Under the pieces are notes generated by a model. The model saw only the letters and a program-made list of their open reading frames with translations. It searched no databases and was not told the origin of the DNA. From positions 608,001-672,000 of the forward strand of contig CAVRBU010000001.1 of NCBI GenBank assembly GCA_963719315.1: a stretch of 64,000 bases of DNA, written 5' to 3'. The translations under genes and the position numbers were made by a program. Position 1 is the stretch's first letter, and each line of letters starts with the position of its first letter. The DNA is from an uncultured Planctomycetota bacterium. Lineage in GTDB: Bacteria; Planctomycetota; Planctomycetia; Pirellulales; Lacipirellulaceae. Below, piece by piece: positions 11,876-20,652 of this stretch.

Positions 11876-12101
11876 GATGATCTCCCGATGGCGTAGTGCT
11901 CCGCCAGCATTGCCCCCGATCGCGACTAGCAAGCCACATTGCCGGGACAAAGCAATTTCATTATCAGGTTGTAGTCTAGCGTTACAAGCTTAAGTTCGCG
12001 ATGTACTCGTTGCAGACAATTCGAGGCAGTTGCCGGCGTGGCAGGGGAGTTTGTTTGCAACACTAAACGCATCGGTTTGATGAACATTTGCGCAGAACGA
12101 T

Positions 12102-14462
12102 TCAGCTCTCGCGACATCGTAGGAACCCACCACCGCCGACGAGCAACGACCCGATGGCAAATACCAGCATCGCGATCGCTCCAGGCTCTGGCACCGTGGA
12201 AGTTGAACCAAGCGAACTGCCACTGCCCGAGGTGTTGCCGAACCGCGCTCGCCACTCGGTATAGTCGGCCGCGTTCACGGTGCCCGGCGTATCGACCTCA
12301 TTTTGCAGCGGCCCCCCGTTGCGCCACAGCACATAATCCGCAGCATCCACGACGCCGTTGCCGTTGTAATCGCCAGGGACGCCGGCGGGGCCGACCGACA
12401 CGATGCCCGCACCGGAGAAAAACTCGTTGAACTTGAACATCGCGCTGCTGGCCGTACTGCCGTAGGTGCCGTTGGCTTGCGCAACATTATTCAGAAGCAG
12501 CGCCGCGACGTGCTCGTTGATGCCGGTGCCCAAGCTCAAGAAACCGATGTCGGCGATTCCCGGCGTGCCGCCGCCCAAGAGCGACAGGGTTGCCGTATCG
12601 GCGATGGCATTGCTCACGCCGCTGGAAATCGTCAGGTCGCCGCCCGTGATCGTCACGTTGCCGGCGCCAAGCGTCGCGGACGCGCCGCTGACAAGCAGCG
12701 AGCCAGCCTCCACCTCGGTGCCGCCGGAGTACGTGTTGGCGGCGGTGAGCGTCGTAGTTCCGCCAGCGACCGAACGCCGGAAGCGGCCGGTTCCGGAGAT
12801 GACGTTGGAGTACGTCTGCGTTCCAGAAGCGTTGCCGGAGGTGAATCGAGCAGCGCTGAGGTTGGCGCCGTGCAGGGCGCCGTTGGCTATTTCCAACGGC
12901 AAGCCGAAGTTCAAACCGGCGGCGGAAAACGTCACGTCGAAGACGCACATATTGTTCGCCAACGGCGTGCCGCAGCCCGACGCGTCGTTCGTGATCCGTA
13001 GCGAGCCCGTGCCGCCAATGGTCGGGCTGCTGAATTCGAGTACCGGGTTGGCGCCAGCGGCAGTGGTACGAATGGTGCTGCCGGCCGCTGTGATATCGAG
13101 CGCATTCGTGATCGCATTCGTGTGGCCCGCCTGCGACACACTGAAGTGGCCACCGGACATGTGAATCGTGCCCGTTCCATCGCCCACGGTGCCATTGCCA
13201 TCGACGTTGAGATAACCTTCCTGAACCGTAACGCCGCCGGTGAACGTGTTGTTCGGATTCCCCAACGTGAGAACTCCCGCGCCCGCTTTGGTGAATCCGC
13301 GATTCTGGCCTTCATCGCCGATAGGCCCACGTAAGATGAATACGCCGCTGGTGCCGGTTGTGTTGCTGACCGTGATTGTCGGGTCATCGACCTTCAGCGT
13401 CGTGACGGCGAAGCCTTCGCCGCCGCTGGCGAATCCCAGGAGTTCGATGTTGGAGGCGCCGATCAAGGCGTCAAAGCTGTTGGTAATGTCGATGTTCTCG
13501 GTCTGCAGACTGCGGGATCCCGTTCCGAAGAACGTGATGGTGCCGCCATCGAGCGTCAGCTTCGCCGTGGCGTTACTTCCTCCGTTGGTGCCGAGTATAT
13601 TGCCGGCGCCGATGCCGAGCAAACCGCCACTGAGCACGAACTCTCCGTCCCACGCGCTATTGGAAGAGTTTATGTTAAGTTGGCCAGCGCCAACTTTTTT
13701 AATTTTACCGCTGCTTTGCGAGAATAAGTTGGCTTGATACAACTCGACCTCGTTAAGGTCGTCATTGATGATCAGCGTGCCCGTTCCCACTTCGATGCGG
13801 CTGTTCTGGAGGGCGCCGGAGCCGGTGTTGATCGACGCGATCGACTTTACCGTTTCGGTGTTGCCGTTCAGATCGAAGACTGAGTTCTTCCCCTCAATCT
13901 GGACGACCGAGGTGTCTGGAACAACTTCGGATGCGCCGAGCCTCAAGGTGTTAGTGGTGGAAGTTACCGTATTGTCGGCCAGAAAAGTGTTGCCGGAATA
14001 GGTATTAGCGCCCGTAAGCACAAGAGTGCCGGTTCCCGACAAGTTCAACCCCGCGGTGCCGCCGATGACCGAGTCGATGGTAGCGGTCAAGCCATTGTTG
14101 ACGTTGACCGCGGCCGCGCCGGTAAGCGTCAGTTCGATCCCGCCCGTGATGGATACTGTGCCATCTTTGAATTGGATCCCACTGGCTGATTGCGTTCCGT
14201 TAAGCGTGACATCGTAGGTGCCGGTGACGTTCGAGCCGGCGGAGAAGACGGCTGTTTCATCGGCGACCCACGCTCCGGGCGCCGCGTTGCCGTCAGGATC
14301 GGTGTTCCAGAAACTATCGGCGCCCCACGTGCCAGCGGCCGTGTTGGTGTCGCTTCCGCCAGGATTGGCGCCATTCGCGTCCCAATACAACTGAGCGCTT
14401 GCCGTCGAAAAATTGAAGGCCAGGACAAACAACGCAGAGGCTAAAGAGATGCGGTTTAACAT
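12102..14462 (-). CDS. PEP-CTERM protein with multiple autotransporter-associated beta-strand repeats
   Basis: Signal peptide, several GTLxLTGANTYSG repeats, GDYNGNGVVDAADY tail, VPEP plus TM segment. Confidence 0.88.
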   Translation of the reverse strand: MLNRISLASALFVLAFNFSTASAQLYWDANGANPGGSDTNTAAGTWGADSFWNTDPDGNAAPGAWVADETAVFSAGSNVTGTYDVTLNGTQSASGIQFKDGTVSITGGIELTLTGAAAVNVNNGLTATIDSVIGGTAGLNLSGTGTLVLTGANTYSGNTFLADNTVTSTTNTLRLGASEVVPDTSVVQIEGKNSVFDLNGNTETVKSIASINTGSGALQNSRIEVGTGTLIINDDLNEVELYQANLFSQSSGKIKKVGAGQLNINSSNSAWDGEFVLSGGLLGIGAGNILGTNGGSNATAKLTLDGGTITFFGTGSRSLQTENIDITNSFDALIGASNIELLGFASGGEGFAVTTLKVDDPTITVSNTTGTSGVFILRGPIGDEGQNRGFTKAGAGVLTLGNPNNTFTGGVTVQEGYLNVDGNGTVGDGTGTIHMSGGHFSVSQAGHTNAITNALDITAAGSTIRTTAAGANPVLEFSSPTIGGTGSLRITNDASGCGTPLANNMCVFDVTFSAAGLNFGLPLEIANGALHGANLSAARFTSGNASGTQTYSNVISGTGRFRRSVAGGTTTLTAANTYSGGTEVEAGSLLVSGASATLGAGNVTITGGDLTISSGVSNAIADTATLSLLGGGTPGIADIGFLSLGTGINEHVAALLLNNVAQANGTYGSTASSAMFKFNEFFSGAGIVSVGPAGVPGDYNGNGVVDAADYVLWRNGGPLQNEVDTPGTVNAADYTEWRARFGNTSGSGSSLGSTSTVPEPGAIAMLVFAIGSLLVGGGGFLRCRES

Positions 14463-14634
14463 GTGAGAATGATCTTGTGGACCTCAATACAGGCAGTGCC
14501 TATCAACGTCAGATAATCGTCGAGGGAGGGACGTTACGCCCAATCGCAGCGGCCCCAACGCCAGTTGCTTCGGTCGCAGATTTCGGCACATCCTGCTTTA
14601 GGATTGAAAAATACGTCGACAGGACTCGGACCGG

Positions 14635-15627
14635 CTAACTCTCCCTTCGTCGCGACCAACTCAGCAGCACGCAACCTATCACGAACAGCCCCAGTGATGC
14701 CGGCTCGGGAACCGTTACGCAGGTCACGTCCGCCCAAGTGGTGCCCACGCGGATTTCGTCGAGGTAGGTGTGGTCCGGGTTTTGAGTGGCAGCAACGTTT
14801 GAAATGCCTGCGCCAATGATCAAGGCGGCCGCGTAGTTGTTGGTTGGGCTACTGGCATTGATGGTTCCCTGCGCACTGCCATCGGGCGCCGGCACGCTGC
14901 TTTCATCCAGGCAGAAGAACGCGGAACTCGGATCAAGCCAAAGGTCGTTGCTGTCATCGGCGCCCGAGCTGTCGGTTGGCCCTTGCACGTATCGCGCAAC
15001 CACTAAGTGGGTACCACCGGCAGCGATGTCGCCCGTCCAGTAAGTGTGACCGGTAGCCGTTCCGCCCGGCGTGTTGCTGGCACGAATGCCCAGATTGTAC
15101 GTGTCTGCCGCGCTGCCCTGGCGAATGACGAGCTCACCCGCCCAGTTGCTCGGTCGTCCAGTGCCGAGCCCGTTGTTGAACGCGATGATCATGTCATTGT
15201 TGGCGTTTAAGTTCGAATTGGGAGTATTCAGGCCGGCGACGCTGGGGACATTCAGCAACAGCGAGTAGTACAGCGTGGAGTTGGCCCCATACTTCGGACT
15301 GAGATCGGGGTTGAACGCGTCGGGTATATTGAGCCGGTCAAATTCGGTGGTGTCGGTGTTTACCATATCGGCCATGTTGCCACTGGCGGCCGGAAAACCG
15401 CTCGGAGACGTTAGGCCAGGGCTGCCTACAGAGTGAACTGCAGAGCCCGCAGTTCCAGCCGCATTCCACGTCCCTGAAGGATTGACTTGTCCCGCGATGG
15501 GTTGGCCGGCCGTGTAATCAAACGGCTCGTAAATCAGCATCGCTGCCGACGAAGTGGACGCCGCCAAGGAAATGCATACTACCGCCACGAACAATGGCAA
15601 TAGGAGAATCATCAGCAGTTGTCTCAT
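14635..15627 (-). CDS. PEP-CTERM secreted protein
   Basis: Signal peptide, YEPFDY, DEIRVGTTWADV, VPEP + TM + RRR. GGGAGGG RBS. Confidence 0.85.
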   Translation of the reverse strand: MRQLLMILLLPLFVAVVCISLAASTSSAAMLIYEPFDYTAGQPIAGQVNPSGTWNAAGTAGSAVHSVGSPGLTSPSGFPAASGNMADMVNTDTTEFDRLNIPDAFNPDLSPKYGANSTLYYSLLLNVPSVAGLNTPNSNLNANNDMIIAFNNGLGTGRPSNWAGELVIRQGSAADTYNLGIRASNTPGGTATGHTYWTGDIAAGGTHLVVARYVQGPTDSSGADDSNDLWLDPSSAFFCLDESSVPAPDGSAQGTINASSPTNNYAAALIIGAGISNVAATQNPDHTYLDEIRVGTTWADVTCVTVPEPASLGLFVIGCVLLSWSRRRES

Positions 15628-15834
15628 TAGTCCCTCCCGCACTCGGAATGAATGCAAATCTCAGTTAGTCAGTTGGAATGTAAAACCGTCTGGTCAAGTT
15701 GAATTCAATCGGGCCTGCAAAGTCATGCCTGTGGCACCCTGCCTCGCTCCCCTGCACCCCCCCTATGATACACGGTCAAACAAGTAATCGCAAAGAAAAT
15801 TTGCAGTAAAAAGCGTGAAATCGGCCAGACGACC

Positions 15835-16195
15835 ATTTGATCTCCGCCATCTCGGCGAGTTTCTGAATCGAGTGCAAAACTGCGGTTCAGCCCACGACTT
15901 CCATCTTCCTACTATTGCAATAAGCGGTTACCGTAGGCCGATAGGGATTGTCCTTGTTGAATCCTTTCTAAGTTGATGTCTATAGTCATGATGCGATCCA
16001 ATCCTTCTCGGCGTGAAATTCTTCGGCATGGTTCTTGGTGCTAACGATCGGCTGCGCGTTGAAACTATTCGGCGACGGGGCTTACGCGGATCCCCCCGCC
16101 ACCTATCGAGTCACTGGCATATTCGGTCAGACAATCGCTAGTTCGCGCCGTGAAGCGGGCGAAACTTCCCACAAAGCTTTGGAGCAAATGCGCAC
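15835..16195 (+). pseudogene. Decayed duplicate of the ggt (33230) upstream region and first ~65 codons
   Basis: Aligns by eye with 32950..33430, e.g. ttctaagttgATGtctatagtcATG vs ttctaagttgTTGtcttttgtcATG, tctcggcgtgaaattcttcgg vs tctcggcgggaattccttcgg, and tcgcgccgtgaagcgg in both. Frameshifted and truncated. Confidence 0.75.
15913..15931. promoter_or_regulatory. LacI-type operator-like palindrome
   Basis: TATTGCAATAAGCGGTTAC with a central CG. The paralogous copy at ~33023 reads TATTGCAATAATCGGTTAT. Confidence 0.35.
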
Positions 16196-16283
16196 GCAAC
16201 CGAGGCCAGCATGGGCCTCCGAAGGATGGCGTCGTCCCTGGCACGCGCGAGGATCGGGATCCGCTGACAGAATAGTCAGTAAG

Positions 16284-16305
16284 CTCACGGACTGAAGTCC
16301 GTGCT
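16284..16305 (-). repeat. GTAG-type REP-like hairpin
   Basis: The reverse strand reads GTAG-CACGGAC-TTCA-GTCCGTG. Confidence 0.5.
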
Positions 16306-16396
16306 ACAAGCTTGTTTTGCCGAAAATTGGGACACCACCCTGCATCCTGCAACGAAACTGCGGGGCTCTCGTCCGCCGTCTTTTTTCCGTGGGTGG

Positions 16397-18184
16397 CTAT
16401 TGGAGGCCTAATTCAAACGCGGCCATTTCCTCTCCGTTGCGGAGATACAGCCGGCCACTCGCAATCACGGGGCCGTTCCAGGTTCTGCCCTCAATCGCTT
16501 GGAACCGGCCAAGCTCCTTGTAGCCGTCGCGATCAACCGACACCAGGATGATCTCGCCCGTGTCCGACGAAATCAGCAGCTCGTCTTTGTCGGGTAACAG
16601 CAAGACCTGCCCGTGACCAAGGCGGCCCTTCTTCCACAGACTCTTGCCGGTCGCCACGTCGAGGCCACACAGCACGCCGTCGTTCAGGCCGTAGATGACA
16701 TTTTTGTGGATTACAAAGTCGTTGAACCCGGGCCGCAAGGCGTTCGACGTCCAGCGCTCGTTGATGCTCCACTTGTCGCCATCGTGCGTCACTTGCACGC
16801 GCACGAAGCCGGGCTCCATCGCAACGACAAGGTCGCCGTCTTCCGTCAGATGAGGCTGCAGCATCGGCATCGACATTTCTTTGACCGTCGGCTCCTGCCA
16901 CAACACGGTCCCGTCGGCGATTCTGATTCCCTGCAGCACCTTATTGTCGAGCATGATGATCTGCTTCTGGCCACCCAGAGTGACAACTTGCGGTGAACTG
17001 TACGTGTGCTTGCCGCCAGGGCACGACCATGCGAATTCGCCGTCTGCCACTCGATACGCCAAGACGCTTTTGTCCGCGGTCCCACCGGCCCACACCACCA
17101 CCAACCCATCTACCACAAGCGGCGAGATCGCGTAACCGAACGGCGGGAGTTCGTCCGTTTTGACTCCCGCGTCGGCCACTACGTCGTGCGACCAAATCAC
17201 CGAGCCATCGGCCGCCGACAAGCAATTCAAAATGCCAGTTGCCCCCAATGCGTAGATACGGCCGTCCGCAAATGTCGGCGTGCCGCGCGGGCCGACACCC
17301 GCCAAGTCTTCCTTGAATCGTGCCTTGTCCTCGTGAACCCAAAGCTCCTTGCCGGTCGCCGCGTCGTAGCAAACGACGGCTTCGTTCTCGCCTCGCTGCT
17401 CCTGAGTCACCAGGTGGCCGTCCACGACAATCATGCCGGCCCAACCGGGTCCGACCTTCTCGCGCCATATCAACTTGGGCGGCTGCTTCTCCCAATCGCC
17501 GCCAAGCGAAACGCCCGTTAATACTCCGTCACGCTGCGGACCGCGCAGCTCCAGCGAGTCGCCCGGCTGCGGCTTCCAAGCTGCGGTTGTTGTCTGCGAA
17601 GTAGCTTCTCTTGCGGTCGTGGCGCGGCTCTCCAGGTACAGTTGCTCTTTGGTCGGCTGCCACCGCCAACTTGTGTCGCCCGCCATGGAAGCCTCTAAAC
17701 CGTCGAACCGATGCAGGCCAATCCAGCCGAATGCAGCTAGCAGCACCACGCAGAATCCCACCCGCCGCACTTGCGGCGAGAGCCATCGGGCAACGATCAG
17801 CCAGATCACCCAGCCGGTCAGCACGAGCGGCAGCGCGCTCATGAAAATACCGAACGCCGAGAACGACTTGTCGGCCACGATCCAAGTCACGAGGCCGAAC
17901 AGCAGCATGGCCACAATCGCCCCGATCCGATCGCGCCACGATACGGCCCGCCGCGTCAGCCACCAGCCGAGAAAGGCGACCAGCGCAACGCCATACGCTG
18001 CCAGTTGATACATGAAATGCTCAAACATCGCCAACGTCGACGAGAGATTGGCGAAGAGGGCGGCCCAAAACAGCACCAAGATCACCACCGCCGGCCAAAC
18101 CCGCAGCTTGGCGGGCGCCGGCGCGCTATTATTTGATGGCATACCGAATTGCGCACTCGGATCGGACGCGATGCTTTGGCTCAT
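16397..18184 (-). CDS. Membrane-anchored PQQ-like beta-propeller (BamB-like) protein
   Basis: N-terminal TM helices, RGPQRDG, repeated xDxxxGxxxW propeller motifs, GPRGTP, YSSP. Confidence 0.85.
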   Translation of the reverse strand: MSQSIASDPSAQFGMPSNNSAPAPAKLRVWPAVVILVLFWAALFANLSSTLAMFEHFMYQLAAYGVALVAFLGWWLTRRAVSWRDRIGAIVAMLLFGLVTWIVADKSFSAFGIFMSALPLVLTGWVIWLIVARWLSPQVRRVGFCVVLLAAFGWIGLHRFDGLEASMAGDTSWRWQPTKEQLYLESRATTAREATSQTTTAAWKPQPGDSLELRGPQRDGVLTGVSLGGDWEKQPPKLIWREKVGPGWAGMIVVDGHLVTQEQRGENEAVVCYDAATGKELWVHEDKARFKEDLAGVGPRGTPTFADGRIYALGATGILNCLSAADGSVIWSHDVVADAGVKTDELPPFGYAISPLVVDGLVVVWAGGTADKSVLAYRVADGEFAWSCPGGKHTYSSPQVVTLGGQKQIIMLDNKVLQGIRIADGTVLWQEPTVKEMSMPMLQPHLTEDGDLVVAMEPGFVRVQVTHDGDKWSINERWTSNALRPGFNDFVIHKNVIYGLNDGVLCGLDVATGKSLWKKGRLGHGQVLLLPDKDELLISSDTGEIILVSVDRDGYKELGRFQAIEGRTWNGPVIASGRLYLRNGEEMAAFELGLQ

Positions 18185-18270
18185 GGTGACCTCCTAGCGA
18201 TACATTCGCACAAACTACCGCAATCTTAGAACGGTTCGGCGGACCTTTCCAGCCAAGATGGGACAGCGAA

Positions 18271-19104
18271 CTATCCGGCTTTCCACGACGCCGCTTCTTC
18301 ACCGTCCAGGCGCAATGTGAGACATTTCGCGCTGCCGCCCGCTTTGACGAATTCGCCCAGCGGCGTGGCGACCGGCTGGTAGCCGCGCTCAGCAAGGGCA
18401 GCATGCAGATTGGTGCAGCCGGTGTTCGTGATCACCGTGCGCCCGATTACCACCGCGTTGCACGAAAAGCTCTCCGCTTCCGCGCTCTCGACCTCGATCA
18501 AATCCTTGACGTGCTCGCGAATCGCCCGCTGGCCGTATTCGTCAAACGCGGGCGGATACCAAATCGCTTCGCCGGCGGCGAGCGGGCAGAAACAGGTATC
18601 GAGGTGATAGTACCGTGGATCAACCAGCTCGACTGGAATCACGCGGACCGCCAGCATCCGGCCAATCTCCTGGTGTCCGGCCGCGTCGCTCCGCATGCGG
18701 TAGCCGGCGTACAGGGTGTCGCCGCAGAAGAGTGCATCGCCGGCTCCTTCAAAGCAGAAGCTTTCGGGGACCTCGACGATCTTGAAGCCGTTCTCAGAAA
18801 ACCAGCGGCGATTGTAGGGTTCTTCTCCTTGCCGTTGTCGATGTCGAAAGCGTGAGATCAGCGCTCGACGGTCATAAAGCATGGCCGCATTGGCGGTGAA
18901 TACTAAATCCGGTAGTCCTTCCACCGGCACCAACAATGAAACGCGCGCTCCGGCTGCAATGATGTTTTGATGCAGAGCGTGCCACTGGCCGACCGCTACC
19001 GCGTGCTCCGCCTGACGTGATTTATCCATCCACGGATTGATCTCATAGTGAATGCCGTAAAAATCCGGTGGGCACATCAGGATGTGGGGTTGGCGAGCAC
19101 TCAT
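18271..19104 (-). CDS. Amidinotransferase superfamily hydrolase (arginine dihydrolase/dimethylargininase-like)
   Basis: LMCPP, YEINPWM, PDLVFTANA, FEGAGD, YHLDT, GGSAKCL catalytic Cys motif. Confidence 0.85.
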   Translation of the reverse strand: MSARQPHILMCPPDFYGIHYEINPWMDKSRQAEHAVAVGQWHALHQNIIAAGARVSLLVPVEGLPDLVFTANAAMLYDRRALISRFRHRQRQGEEPYNRRWFSENGFKIVEVPESFCFEGAGDALFCGDTLYAGYRMRSDAAGHQEIGRMLAVRVIPVELVDPRYYHLDTCFCPLAAGEAIWYPPAFDEYGQRAIREHVKDLIEVESAEAESFSCNAVVIGRTVITNTGCTNLHAALAERGYQPVATPLGEFVKAGGSAKCLTLRLDGEEAASWKAG

Positions 19105-19115
19105 AGTGTCAGTGA

Positions 19116-19189
19116 AAAGACCAATGACCAAGCACCAATGACCAACTGATAGATGATATTGGTCATTGGGATTTGGTCACTGGTGCTTT
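19116..19189. repeat. Heptamer-based inverted repeat
   Basis: ACCAATG-ACCAAGC-ACCAATG-ACCAACT ... GGTCATT-GGGATTT-GGTCACT-GGTGCTT between two operon genes. Confidence 0.75.
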
Positions 19190-19193
19190 CCTT

Positions 19194-20501
19194 CTACATC
19201 TCCATCAGTTGCACTTCTTGCACGAGTGCTCGCAGGAACGGCTCGACATCGGTCACCAAGCCAAGCGTTTGGAAGCTGCCGCGGTCGCTGAGTTTGATTA
19301 CCGTTGAAGGATTGATGTCGACGCAGAAGACTTTCACCCAGGCCGGCAACAGATTACCGACGGCCACCGAATGGAGCATCGTGGCAATCATCAGGCAAAA
19401 TGTTACATCCCGAACTCCCTCGCGCATTTGGCGTTGGGCCTCGAGCACGTCGGTGACGACGTCGGGCAATGGGCCATCGTCGCGAATGCTGCCGGCAAGT
19501 AAGAAATCGACGTTGTTGCGCACGCATTCGTACATGATGCCCGATTGGAGCACGCCTTGCCGGACGGCATCTCGAATCGATCCGCACCGGCGAATTCGGT
19601 TGATTGCCCGCAGATGATGTTCGTGGCCGGCTTCGGCGATGCTGGCGTCCGCGAGGTGCACTCCGAGGCTCGTGCCGAAGAGAGCCTGTTCAATATCGTG
19701 AGTCGCCAGCGCGTTACCGGCAAACAGTTTGTGAATGTAGCCGCCGCGGATGAGCTGGCACAGCGCGGGACCGCTCCCGGTATGAACGATCGCCGGCCCG
19801 CCGACGACGAGTGTTTTGCCGCCGCTGCGACGAGTCTTCACTAGGTCTCGTGCGATCTCCTGAACGAGCGCGCCTTTGGGTTTTTCCGTCGAGACGCCGC
19901 TGGACATGAAATTGAAACCGCCGCGGACTTCGGTCCGCTCGACTGGAATCACGCGCACACCGGCATGGCCGGTGACGATGGACATACCGGTGCGGATCTC
20001 GGTCATGGGGATGCAGCGAGGAGCGAGCTGCACGGAGCGGGGGAAGACTGTCTCAGTTGTCTTTTCTGTTCTCCTCGCTTCCAGCTCTTCGCTCCTCGCA
20101 ACTTGCTCCACCACAATGCCGCAATCCATTTCTTGATCGGCTACCTCGACCCATTTGCCGTCGAGGCGGATTTCGGTGCGCTGGTTCGTCGTGCTGTAGA
20201 AGCCTTCGGGAAACGCGCCGTCCATATCGGCCGGCGTTTGTCGGCAGTCCTGGGTCGTCGTCGGCACTGCCCCGTGATCGGCGATTTGGGCCAGAATCTT
20301 CTGCATTCGCTCGGGTGTGGTGGAGCGAATTTCAATGACAGCGGAGCTGGGATCGTGGCGGGATTGGCCGATGACGATGTTGGTGATGCGGAATTTGCCG
20401 CCGCCCGAGGTGATTGTGTCAAGGACCTTCGGCAGGATAAGACTATCGATGATATGGCCGGAAATCTCGACTTCTTCAACGATGGGGTCGGGGGAGGACA
20501 T
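19194..20501 (-). CDS. TIGR00300 LOR/SDH-domain protein (AgrE C-terminal-type ornithine cyclodeaminase-like)
   Basis: GHIIDS, FYSTTN, EMDC, FMSSGVSTEK, GGPAIVHTG, AGNALATHDIE, GSIRDDGPLP, MLHSVAVGN, DRGS. Confidence 0.85.
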   Translation of the reverse strand: MSSPDPIVEEVEISGHIIDSLILPKVLDTITSGGGKFRITNIVIGQSRHDPSSAVIEIRSTTPERMQKILAQIADHGAVPTTTQDCRQTPADMDGAFPEGFYSTTNQRTEIRLDGKWVEVADQEMDCGIVVEQVARSEELEARRTEKTTETVFPRSVQLAPRCIPMTEIRTGMSIVTGHAGVRVIPVERTEVRGGFNFMSSGVSTEKPKGALVQEIARDLVKTRRSGGKTLVVGGPAIVHTGSGPALCQLIRGGYIHKLFAGNALATHDIEQALFGTSLGVHLADASIAEAGHEHHLRAINRIRRCGSIRDAVRQGVLQSGIMYECVRNNVDFLLAGSIRDDGPLPDVVTDVLEAQRQMREGVRDVTFCLMIATMLHSVAVGNLLPAWVKVFCVDINPSTVIKLSDRGSFQTLGLVTDVEPFLRALVQEVQLMEM

Positions 20502-20652
20502 GACATGTTCCGGGGGCGGTTGAAGTAACCGGCTTTGCGCAATGTGCGATAAGTCTTATACTTTGGGAGGTTTCTCCGAAATGACAAGGCCAGCCGCGAC
20601 TTACGCTGCGGAATGGCTTCTCAATAATACGGATTCAAACGAATCAAGATTT

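Noticed and set aside
15715..15731. Sigma-54-like site for the PEP-CTERM operon
   Set aside because: GG to GC spacing is 9 nt rather than the required 10.
16035..16295. 86-aa ORF as a novel small protein
   Set aside because: It is the frameshifted remnant of the duplicated ggt N-terminus.
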